Shown here: positions 9,530 through 17,879 of the stretch, one piece after another
Position numbering within the stretch: position 1 is the stretch's first letter
How the letters are laid out: each line of letters begins with the position of its first letter
DNA from: an uncultured Bacteroidaceae bacterium
Lineage (GTDB): Bacteria > Bacteroidota > Bacteroidia > Bacteroidales > GCA-2748055
NCBI GenBank assembly: GCA_964432125.1
Contig: CAYSMO010000002.1
Coordinates: 1-52,982 of the forward strand
DNA: 52,982 nucleotides
Reading direction: 5' to 3'
Translations under genes and position numbers: made by a program
The notes under the pieces: generated by a model
Seen by the model: only the letters and a program-made list of their open reading frames with translations
What the model was told of the DNA's origin: nothing
The model's database searches: none

Positions 9530-10630
9530 TCAGTCGGTTGCAGCTTTTGGAAAGAATTTTTCCAATAGATCAACGGCAGCGGCAAATGAGCTGATCTGGT
9601 CGTTCTCCATCATCTTCTCCAGCTCTTCCAGTCTTTTTCTTACCTGTGGATCACTGAAAAACCTGAGTTTTAGTCCCTCGTTCAGCGTCTGGTACATCCA
9701 ATACGTTCCCTGTTCCGATCTTCTCCGATCGAAAAATCCATTCGATTTTGCATGTTTTTTATAGCTCCCAATCATCTCCCACACCTCTTGCACGCCGGCA
9801 CCTTCGGTTGATGAGCAGGTGACCACCTGTGGCGCCCATCCCGAAGGAGGAAGAGGAAAGAGGTGCAGCGCATTGGTATATTCTGTTTTTGCCCTTTGGG
9901 CGCGGTCGAGGTTGTCACCATCGGCCTTGTTGATAAGAATGGCATCGGCCATCTCCATGATGCCCCGCTTCATCCCCTGGAGTTCGTCGCCTGCTCCCGG
10001 TATCATAAGTACCAGGAAGAAATCGACCATCGAGTGCACCGTTGTCTCCGATTGTCCCACGCCCACCGTTTCCACGATAATGATATCATACCCTGCAGCC
10101 TCGCAGAGGATAACCGACTCCCTGGTTTTCCTTGCCACACCGCCCAGTGTTCCGCCGGAAGGGGAGGGCCTGATGAACGCCTTCTCCTGTCCGGCCAGTG
10201 TCTCCATACGTGTTTTATCGCCCAAAATTGATCCGCCTGAACGCTCACTGCTCGGGTCGATCGCCAGAACAGCGAGCTTGTGGTCTTCCCTGAGCAGCGA
10301 ATTTCCGAAGGATTCAATAAAGGTACTCTTTCCGGCCCCGGGAACCCCGGTGATGCCCAGGCGCAAGGAGTTGCCTGCAAAGGGAAGGCATTTTTGAATA
10401 AGTGTCTGAGCAATAAGCTGGTGCTCAGACAATGAGCTTTCTATTAAGGTGATTGCTTTTGATAGTGCTGTTCTGTCGCCTGAGCGAATGCCTTCGAAAA
10501 GTTCTTCCGGACCGGCAGTTATTTTGCGTGATCGCCTGATCTGCTCGAGCGCACGCTCATTCACGGAGGAGGGTTGCGGAACCCCCACGCTGACACTTAG
10601 CGCTGATTTATTCTTCTTCTTCCGGGCCAT
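9530..10630 (-). CDS. meaB: Methylmalonyl-CoA-mutase-associated G3E GTPase (MeaB/ArgK)
   Basis: GVPGAGKST P-loop, ETVGVGQSE, NKADGD and the RALSKAITLIES motif. No mutase gene lies next to it in this window. Confidence 0.85.
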   Translation of the reverse strand: MARKKKNKSALSVSVGVPQPSSVNERALEQIRRSRKITAGPEELFEGIRSGDRTALSKAITLIESSLSEHQLIAQTLIQKCLPFAGNSLRLGITGVPGAGKSTFIESFGNSLLREDHKLAVLAIDPSSERSGGSILGDKTRMETLAGQEKAFIRPSPSGGTLGGVARKTRESVILCEAAGYDIIIVETVGVGQSETTVHSMVDFFLVLMIPGAGDELQGMKRGIMEMADAILINKADGDNLDRAQRAKTEYTNALHLFPLPPSGWAPQVVTCSSTEGAGVQEVWEMIGSYKKHAKSNGFFDRRRSEQGTYWMYQTLNEGLKLRFFSDPQVRKRLEELEKMMENDQISSFAAAVDLLEKFFPKAATD

Positions 10631-10643
10631 GATACACTACTTA

Positions 10644-10748
10644 GAGTTCGTCAATAGAGTCAGGTGTTTTAGCTAGAACCGAGCATGCGAGCTCGATGAA
10701 GTCATAGTTCAATAACAAGCATAAAGGCAGTTGTTGGACTTTATAGAC
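10644..10748 (+). repeat. Core-module repeat, copy A (~105 bp)
   Basis: gagttcgtcaatagagtcaggtgttttagctagaaccgagcatgcgagctcgatgaagtcatagttcaataacaag... aligns by eye with 12713..12816 at roughly 80-85 percent identity. It contains the AACCGAGC.TGCGAGCTC..TGAAGT core. Confidence 0.85.
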
Positions 10749-10877
10749 AAAAACTACTTATAATGGCAAAGTTAATGAAATATAAGTGCGATTGAAACGG
10801 GTTTTTTGTGCAGGATAGGGTAGGCAAAAAGTATGCATGCGACATTATTATGCAAAGCGACGCAGACTTTTCGGTTA

Positions 10878-12392
10878 TTATGTATGCCTGACGGGTAGCT
10901 TTATATAGAAAACCGATCCTTTTCCCCATTCGCTTTCAACCCAGATCTTTCCCTGGTTTTTTTCAACAAAATCTTTGCAGATAATTAATCCGAGTCCCGT
11001 GCCTGCCTCTCCATCTGTGCCTCGTGTTGATTTTTCATTGTTGATCTCAAACAAATGCTCAATCTTTTCCTGCCTGATCCCAACTCCATGATCATGAACA
11101 CCCATTATCACAGAATCATCTGATTTTTTTGCAGTAACAATGATGGATTGTTTGTTGGAGGAGAATTTTACAGCGTTAGACAGGAGGTTCCGGATGACCG
11201 TCTTGATCATTTCTTCGTCAACAAAAACAGATGTTTTGACTGAAACTTTGTTTTCAAAGATGATCTCTTTTTTATTTGCTGTTTGCTGCAAAAAGTTGAT
11301 GCTGTCATCGATGATAGCATGGAGCTTGTGTTTTTTTGGGGTGCGCTTGAGTTGCTGACTTTGTTCCCGGGCCCAGAAAAGCAGATTGTTCAGTAGGGTT
11401 AAAAGTGAATTGGCCGACTGATAGATGATGGAATTGAATTCAATGAGCTTTTCGAAAGGATATTTTTCCCGGTTCTTTTCAATCAACGATGAGAAGCCGA
11501 TGATATTATTCAGTGGTGTTTTGAGGTCATGTCCGATAATTGAAAATATTTTATCCTTAGTTGCATTGAGGTTCCGCAGGTTCTCCGCGTTTGTTCTTAG
11601 TTCCTGTTCAATTTTCTTACTATCGGTAATGTCCTGAAAGGTCCCAAACATCACCTCTTCACCCGCACTGTTTTTTTCAATAATTCCTATGCTATGAACA
11701 TACCTGATCTTCTCATCACGCCTGATGGTTCTGTAGATGAGATTAAAATCTTTCTTTTCAGTGATGCATTCCCCCAGGAGCGTATTTAGTTTTTCACGGT
11801 CCTCTGGGAAAACCATGTTATTGTATTCCTCAATATTTGGCTCTTTATCGGTTTGTGGATCCATGCCAAAAATATAGAAAGTCTCTTCGGACCAGACCGC
11901 AGTGCCTTTGGCAATATTGATCTCATAATTGCCAATATGAGCGATCCTTTCTGCTGCCTTCAATTTCCTTTGACTTTCCTGAAGCTTTATTTCGGTCAGT
12001 TTTTTCTCAGTGATATCGCTCGAGATGGTCTGGAGTTGAATAACTTCCTCTTTTTCATTAAAAACCGGCATGGCTTTGGTTAAAAACCAGATGTACTCTC
12101 CCGATTTTTTCCTTATTCTGTATTCACACCGAGTAACGATTTCTCCTTTTAACGCGATAGTGTGAGCCTCATCTTTTATATATTGTATATCGTCAGGATG
12201 AAAGTGGTCGTAGGGAGATGTTCCGATCAGCTCCTTTTCGGAGTATCCGAGCACCTTGCTAAATGAGGGGCTGACATAGGAGTAGGTTGCGTCTGGTTCA
12301 TGAAGTGCTACAAGGTCAATCATATTCTCAGCCAAAAGCCGGAATTTCCTCTCGCTTTCAATGAGTGATCTTTTCTGGGTCGGGATGTTCAT
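10878..12392 (-). CDS. PAS-domain sensor histidine kinase (two PAS + HisKA + HATPase_c), orphan
   Basis: Two PAS-like segments, an H-box (FSIIGHDLKTPLNNI), an N-box (RNLLSNAVKFS) and G-boxes (DHGVGI; GTGLGL). No response regulator is adjacent. Confidence 0.85.
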   Translation of the reverse strand: MNIPTQKRSLIESERKFRLLAENMIDLVALHEPDATYSYVSPSFSKVLGYSEKELIGTSPYDHFHPDDIQYIKDEAHTIALKGEIVTRCEYRIRKKSGEYIWFLTKAMPVFNEKEEVIQLQTISSDITEKKLTEIKLQESQRKLKAAERIAHIGNYEINIAKGTAVWSEETFYIFGMDPQTDKEPNIEEYNNMVFPEDREKLNTLLGECITEKKDFNLIYRTIRRDEKIRYVHSIGIIEKNSAGEEVMFGTFQDITDSKKIEQELRTNAENLRNLNATKDKIFSIIGHDLKTPLNNIIGFSSLIEKNREKYPFEKLIEFNSIIYQSANSLLTLLNNLLFWAREQSQQLKRTPKKHKLHAIIDDSINFLQQTANKKEIIFENKVSVKTSVFVDEEMIKTVIRNLLSNAVKFSSNKQSIIVTAKKSDDSVIMGVHDHGVGIRQEKIEHLFEINNEKSTRGTDGEAGTGLGLIICKDFVEKNQGKIWVESEWGKGSVFYIKLPVRHT

Positions 12393-12568
12393 GGTGCTAT
12401 TGTAATGTCAATATTTGAACTGAAGTTGTTTTTCGCACCTCAATTAACGTACTACAATTTACGCATTTATTGTTATTTATTGCATAAATGACAATATTTA
12501 TTCAACCCTTCGCTGCTATCAAACAGGTGACTTAATATTTAGAGAATTTTCTGTCCCTCAATTCAATT

Positions 12569-12705
12569 GGCAGGATCATAATGCATACGAGCATAGCCTG
12601 TCCTGTCCATAAATATCAGTATGAAGAATTTAAATTGCAATACCCTCATGCAATCGACGAGTTAATTGCTTTGCAGCAATGCAGCTATCTGACTCAATGC
12701 ACAGG
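12569..12705 (+). repeat. Hairpin-module repeat, diverged copy H1
   Basis: The ends match the 28717..28844 copy (ggcaggatcataa... and ...tttgcagcaatgcagctatctgactcaatgcacagg versus ...tttgcagcaatgcagctatcggactttatggacaga). The interior has diverged. Confidence 0.6.
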
Positions 12706-12712
12706 CGAACTG

Positions 12713-12816
12713 GAGTCCGTTAATAGGGACAGGTGATTGAGCTATAACCGAGCTTGCGAGCTCTATGAAGTTAAAGTTCAATAACAAGTATAACGCAGTT
12801 ATTAGACATAATAGAC
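12713..12816 (+). repeat. Core-module repeat, copy B (~104 bp)
   Basis: Direct repeat of 10644..10748. It ends 5 nt from the stop codon of the 12822..13607 gene. Confidence 0.85.
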
Positions 12817-12821
12817 CAACA

Positions 12822-13607
12822 CTAACCAGCAAAAAATTTACTGAAGGAACTGCTCGTTTCAATGGGAATAAAAAAGATGTCGGCCGACTCCTGTTTCGTT
12901 GCAGGTACCAGGGTTTCTTCTTTCAAAATATATGCACTATACTCTTTTGCAGTGAAAAAATCCAGTAGTTTTTCCCTGTTTGTTCCGGCTGTTTCTACCA
13001 GCAGAACCGGTCTGAATTTTAGAATCAACGGTTCAAGTTCCGGAAGCACAACAATCTCATACCCTTCAATGTCACACTTAATAAAATCCAGTCTTTCAAG
13101 GTTGACAAACAGCAGGCTTCCCTTTTTCATCGACGCCGTAAACGCAATGTTTTCATCGGGCTGCCTGCCTGATTTGCGATCACTTACAAAAAAGGATCCG
13201 GACGCCAGGAATCCCTTCTCCCGGAATGTAGTATTGCTGATCTGAATGGTAGTGTCCTCCTCTCCAAGGGCGTAGGGAAGGATCTCGATATTTTTATATC
13301 TCCTGGTATTCGTCTCCAGCACTTTTCTAACGGGCTCCACCGGTTCAATGGCATACACCCTTCCTTGGGGTCCGACCAGTTTGGATAATACAGTTGAATA
13401 GTAGCCAAGGTTGGCTCCGATATCAATACAGATATTTCCTGTTCCAACAACATTCTTTAAAAAATAGGGATACGCATACAAACTGTTCCCTTTCAACAAT
13501 CCCCAATTAAAAGATGTCAGATAGAGCCTGCTCAATATCCGAAGATAACTCTCCAGCGGCAGGTATTTGTATAGGATTCGTCTGACAAGGTTCCCTTTTC
13601 TTTTCAC
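12822..13607 (-). CDS. FkbM-family SAM-dependent methyltransferase
   Basis: CIDIGANLGYYS (SAM-binding glycine loop) and DFIKCDIEGYE, both characteristic of FkbM-type methyltransferases. The start codon is GTG. Confidence 0.75.
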   Translation of the reverse strand: MKRKGNLVRRILYKYLPLESYLRILSRLYLTSFNWGLLKGNSLYAYPYFLKNVVGTGNICIDIGANLGYYSTVLSKLVGPQGRVYAIEPVEPVRKVLETNTRRYKNIEILPYALGEEDTTIQISNTTFREKGFLASGSFFVSDRKSGRQPDENIAFTASMKKGSLLFVNLERLDFIKCDIEGYEIVVLPELEPLILKFRPVLLVETAGTNREKLLDFFTAKEYSAYILKEETLVPATKQESADIFFIPIETSSSFSKFFAG

Positions 13608-13820
13608 AGCTGTTAATTTAGTATTTGATCTTCACGATAATTGGTTATGCCTTTATTATCTATAATGATATTTTGTTACAAATCGAATGTCTCTTAGTAT
13701 TATATTCCTATCGTATATGGGTACTTCATGATAAGTAGACCAAAGATAATGAAACTTATTATACTGTAAAGATCGTTTTCTGAAAGGCAGAAAAGGGGAG
13801 TGCTGCAGATTTTTAAAATG

Positions 13821-14105
13821 TTATTTTTTCATTCCTGTTCTCCAGCTGATCCCGGCTGTGATGAAATTCATCGAATGGTTCATGCCGGTGCCGAATGCAA
13901 AATCCAGTTGGAGACTTGGGTTTAACAGGTAGGTAATGCTTGCATCGAAGTTTGCCATCAAATCATCGAATTTGATCAGTTCGCCGTAAGACTCTATAAA
14001 GAGTGATTGTTTATTATAAATTGGCATTGGTTTCTGCATTTTTTTAAAACTGAATTGAAGTTTTGTTGTTATATTGTTGTTCTGAACATATCTTTGGATT
14101 GCCAA
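13821..14105 (-). pseudogene. Possible 3' remnant of an outer-membrane beta-barrel gene
   Basis: The ORF has no signal peptide and starts at TTG only 78 nt from lpdA. Its C-terminal part (ASITYLLNPSLQLDFAFGTGMNHSMNFITAGISWR) looks like the terminal strands of a porin-type barrel. Confidence 0.3.
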
Positions 14106-14183
14106 AATTCAATTTACGATAGACTTGTATATATTCACGGAGGTCTACAGCCTCTTTTACTCTAAAAACATAAACTCTTTATT

Positions 14184-15575
14184 ATGAAATATGATGTTTT
14201 AGTTATTGGCAGCGGTCCGGGAGGATATGTAGCTGCAATCCGTGCTTCACAACTTGGTCTGAAAACTGCTGTAGTGGAAAGGGAATCCCTCGGTGGTATC
14301 TGTCTGAACTGGGGATGTATTCCCACGAAATCGCTGTTGAAAAGCGCCCAGGTGTTTGAATATCTTCAACATGCAGAGGATTATGGTATAGTGATTGACG
14401 GCGAGGCCAAAGCTGATTTTAAAAAGGTGGTTCAACGCAGCAGAACCGTTGCAGATGGCATGAGCAAAGGGATCCAGTTCCTGTTTAAGAAGAACAAGAT
14501 TGACGTAATTAACGGTACCGGAAAGCTTAAAGCCAAAGGAGTGGTTACTGTTACCGGCGAAGATGGAAAGACACAAGAGGTAGAGGCCTCCCACATTATC
14601 CTGGCTACAGGTGCACGCTCGCGCGAACTGCCCAGCCTGAAGAAAGACGGGAAGAAGATTATTGGTTACCGCAAAGCAATGACACTCGACAAGCTGCCCG
14701 AATCGATGGTTGTGGTTGGTTCAGGTGCGATAGGAAGTGAATTCGCCTATTTCTATGCCACCATGGGAACGAAAGTAACACTGGTGGAATTTCTTCCCAA
14801 CGTGGTGCCCCTGGAAGACGAGGAGGTCTCCAAGCAGTTGGAGCGCTCTTTCAAGAAGCTGGGAATGAAGGTAATGACCTCCTCTTCAGTTGAGAAGGTG
14901 GATACATCGGGCAAGAAATGCAAGGTGACCATCAAAACCAAAAAGGGCGAGGAGACAGCCGAAGCTGATATCGTGCTTTCAGCGGTGGGTATTACTCCCA
15001 ATATAGAAGAGATCGGGCTGGAAGAGATGAAGATAAAGACAGATAGGGGAAAGGTCGTTGTGGATGAGTTTTACCGCACCAATGTGGAGGGAGTCTATGC
15101 GATTGGTGATATTGTCGACGGACCGGCACTGGCGCATGTCGCCTCTGCAGAGGGGATTGTCTGTGTGGAAAAGATCGCAGGACACAAACCGCAGCCGGTC
15201 GATTATGCCAACATTCCAGGTTGTACCTATACCAGTCCGGAAGTAGCCTCTGTTGGCATGACAGAAAAGGCAGCCAAAGAGGCTGGTTATGCTCTTAAGG
15301 TGGGTAAATTTCCATTCTCCGCTTCAGGGAAGGCTTCTGCTGCAGGAGCCAAGGATGGTTTCGTGAAGCTGATCTTCGACGAAAAATACGGAGAACTGCT
15401 TGGCGCCCACATGATCGGTGCCAATGTTACCGAGATGATCGCCGAACTGGTCGTAGCGAGGAAGTTGGAAACGACCGGTGAAGAGATTATCAAGTCGGTG
15501 CACCCACACCCGACCATGTCAGAGGCCATTATGGAGGCTGCCGCTGCTGCTTATGGAGAGGTAATACATATATAA
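14184..15575 (+). CDS. lpdA: Dihydrolipoyl dehydrogenase (E3)
   Basis: GSGPGGY FAD motif, redox-active GGICLNWGCIPTK, GSGAIGSEFA NAD motif and C-terminal HPHPTMSE. Confidence 0.92.
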   Translation: MKYDVLVIGSGPGGYVAAIRASQLGLKTAVVERESLGGICLNWGCIPTKSLLKSAQVFEYLQHAEDYGIVIDGEAKADFKKVVQRSRTVADGMSKGIQFLFKKNKIDVINGTGKLKAKGVVTVTGEDGKTQEVEASHIILATGARSRELPSLKKDGKKIIGYRKAMTLDKLPESMVVVGSGAIGSEFAYFYATMGTKVTLVEFLPNVVPLEDEEVSKQLERSFKKLGMKVMTSSSVEKVDTSGKKCKVTIKTKKGEETAEADIVLSAVGITPNIEEIGLEEMKIKTDRGKVVVDEFYRTNVEGVYAIGDIVDGPALAHVASAEGIVCVEKIAGHKPQPVDYANIPGCTYTSPEVASVGMTEKAAKEAGYALKVGKFPFSASGKASAAGAKDGFVKLIFDEKYGELLGAHMIGANVTEMIAELVVARKLETTGEEIIKSVHPHPTMSEAIMEAAAAAYGEVIHI

Positions 15576-16799
15576 TCACTCATATTCCGGTTCCATCATT
15601 TTTCCGATAAACACGATCGATTTGCTCGAGTTTTCGGTGATGGCAAAGAGGAACGGACGGTCGAGGCGGATCACAATAGGTCCGCCGCCCGGACCGACAG
15701 AGGTGACACCAATTTCGACGGCAGTTACGGCTGCAGCCTCGGTTCCCTCTTCGTTCACATCGATGTAGGTTTTATGGATCACTTTGGAGATCAGCAGGTC
15801 AATCTCACTGATTCCCGAGAAGTCAGCATCATCCGTGAATGCTATTCCGAGCCCCATGTCCGACAGGTCCCCGTTCAATGACCGTTGATAATCGAACTTG
15901 AATTTAGGCATCGTAACCTGTACCTCATCCTGTTCGGCAAACGCTTCCAGCCAGCTGGTCCATGAATCTCCATCAAGTTTACCGATGAGTTCGTCGACCG
16001 AACTTCCATATGCCGGAAGGAACAGGTGCATGCTGAATTTTTCGTTTTTGTAGGGAAGCTCAACGGCTGTAAAATCTTCTGTTGTGGCATATTTAAATGC
16101 ACTTTCGGTGGTCATCATCTCCACATCACCGAACGGGGTCTGGTCCTCATTGTAAAATGTTTCGGTCTTTGTCTCATCCGGATCAAATTCAATATCCCAC
16201 AGACAGTTGAAATAGAGCGCATTGATCAGGAGCATCATGGATTCCGGGGGTAACTCTTCAATGATTTTGTCGATCTTGGCATGTGTTTTATCTGCCACCC
16301 AGCTATTGATGGCATCAACAGCCTCAGGTTTGTCAAAGTCAAGCGCTTTTACCTCTGCACCGAAGTAGGTTTTGTTCATCTGAATAAAACTATCAAAAAC
16401 CGGAAAATTGTATCTGTACCAAACCGAGTTGGCGATCTCAAGCAGGTTCCCCTCACTGTTCGTGACCAGGGTTATGATGAGGTCGCGTGTAATCTCATTC
16501 ACCTCTGAACGTGTTAATCCTTCATAATTCAACACACTGTCAAACGCCTCTTTTGTTGATGTTTCAGTGCCATTGTAGGTCATTCCCATGGCGAGACTGA
16601 TGGAGGTCGGGGAGATCATGATGTTCGCTTTATCCTCCGATCTGATGATCCTGTTGAAGAGGTCGAGTCCGAAATGGTTGTTGGTTTGTATGACTTCAGC
16701 AGATTTTTTATTGTAATCAAAAACAGGATCCTCGATGGGGGTTCGCTCGCAAGCCTGGCTGAGCAGGACCATGATAATTGTTATGGCTATTGTTTTCAT
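15576..16799 (-). CDS. Serpin-family protease inhibitor, predicted lipoprotein
   Basis: Lipobox-like N-terminus (MKTIAITIIMVLLSQAC). The serpin core is present, including the hinge/RCL region NEEGTEAAAVTAVEIGVTS... followed by DRPFLFAI. Its stop codon abuts the lpdA stop with no spacer. Confidence 0.85.
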   Translation of the reverse strand: MKTIAITIIMVLLSQACERTPIEDPVFDYNKKSAEVIQTNNHFGLDLFNRIIRSEDKANIMISPTSISLAMGMTYNGTETSTKEAFDSVLNYEGLTRSEVNEITRDLIITLVTNSEGNLLEIANSVWYRYNFPVFDSFIQMNKTYFGAEVKALDFDKPEAVDAINSWVADKTHAKIDKIIEELPPESMMLLINALYFNCLWDIEFDPDETKTETFYNEDQTPFGDVEMMTTESAFKYATTEDFTAVELPYKNEKFSMHLFLPAYGSSVDELIGKLDGDSWTSWLEAFAEQDEVQVTMPKFKFDYQRSLNGDLSDMGLGIAFTDDADFSGISEIDLLISKVIHKTYIDVNEEGTEAAAVTAVEIGVTSVGPGGGPIVIRLDRPFLFAITENSSKSIVFIGKMMEPEYE

Positions 16800-17163
16800 A
16801 ATTATTCTATTTATTGTTTAATGGTATATGACTGTTTTGAAGTTGCGGATAACCCAGCTTTTGGTGTTTTCGTTTTACTGGGTTCTTATACCCGGCTCAT
16901 GGAACTTCTGGCTATAAATGAACGTTGAATCACAATAGTATTGTATGTGAATCATTTTCATTATATGTTATAATAGATGGTTTTATTGCCGGAAGGGTTG
17001 CGTGACATACAGTTTTAACAGAGGCGCAACCTTTTTCCAGCAGGAATCATCTTATCAGTAAAAGGATTAGCTATAGAAAGCGAAAAGGCAGCTCTTGTCA
17101 AGAAGCAGTTTTCGGTCAGATATACAGACCTTTTCAGCGGGGCATAATTTTTGATAGCTCTCT

Positions 17164-17751
17164 TTGAAAACCACTAACTTTGCAAAAAAGAGAGAAGAGC
17201 GGTTGACAGACACACTGGAAATACTGATCGAAGGCTGCATCAAGGGAGATCCGGGCAGTCAGGAAAAGCTATACCGGCAATTCAGCGCTGCGATGTATGG
17301 GTTATGCTTGCAGTATGCATCATCGGAGGAGGATGCCCGGGATATTCTGCAGGATGGGTTTGTGAAGGTGTTTAAAAAGATAGGACAGGTAAAGGAGGCA
17401 AAAGCGTTTCCGGGATGGATCAGGAGGGTCATGATCAATACGGCCCTGGGACGATACAGGAGTCAGGTCGTTATGCAACGCATCGATGAAGAGCCGTTTT
17501 TGCTGAATGAAAAGATCACCGACGATGTTCTGGATGGTTTGAATGCAGAAGTCCTGGTCGCCATGATACAGGAGTTACCGCCTCGCTACAGGATGGTTTT
17601 TAACCTGTATGCAATTGAGGGGTATACCCATAAAGAGATCGCGGAGATGCTTGGTATTTCAGATGGCACTTCAAAATCGAATCTCTCACGGGCCCGGACG
17701 ATTTTGCAGGGAAAGGTGAGAAAGTTATATGGAAATGTACAACTCAGATAA
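17164..17751 (+). CDS. ECF-type RNA polymerase sigma-70 factor
   Basis: Region 2 (DARDILQDGFVKVFKKI) and region 4 HTH (YTHKEIAEMLGISDGTSKSNLSRAR). The start is uncertain: the track start is TTG and there is no nearby ATG. Confidence 0.8.
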   Translation: MKTTNFAKKREERLTDTLEILIEGCIKGDPGSQEKLYRQFSAAMYGLCLQYASSEEDARDILQDGFVKVFKKIGQVKEAKAFPGWIRRVMINTALGRYRSQVVMQRIDEEPFLLNEKITDDVLDGLNAEVLVAMIQELPPRYRMVFNLYAIEGYTHKEIAEMLGISDGTSKSNLSRARTILQGKVRKLYGNVQLR

Positions 17752-17791
17752 ACAGAAGTGTTAAAACAGAAAAATAGCTGGATAGAAGAAT

Positions 17792-17879
17792 ATGGGTAAG
17801 GAAAGGAAATAGTATGCCTAAGGAAGAGAAAGAAAATGGGTAAGGAAGCGAAATAGAATGGGTAAGGAAGAGAACATAC
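17792..17879 (+). repeat. 22-bp tandem repeat x4 duplicating the start-codon region of the downstream gene
   Basis: Units start at 17792, 17814, 17836 and 17858: atgggtaaggaaaggaaatagt / atgcctaaggaagagaaagaaa / atgggtaaggaagcgaaataga / atgggtaaggaagagaacatac. The fourth unit is the real start of the 484-aa ORF. Confidence 0.9.

Noticed and set aside
9819-10397. 192-aa + strand ORF (and 9863..10231, 10003..10413) inside meaB
   Set aside because: These are shadow ORFs of a GC-richer gene, with Ser/Pro/Arg-rich composition.
12662-12862. 66-aa ORF across repeat copy B
   Set aside because: It is made almost entirely of repeat-family sequence. The equivalent frame is not open in copy A.
17792-17879. 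22-bp tandem array as a classical frameshifting phase-variation switch
   Set aside because: Each unit carries its own ATG, and the last unit always opens the long ORF. Gain or loss of units would therefore not shift the coding frame. I kept it only as a possible uORF or expression-level feature.
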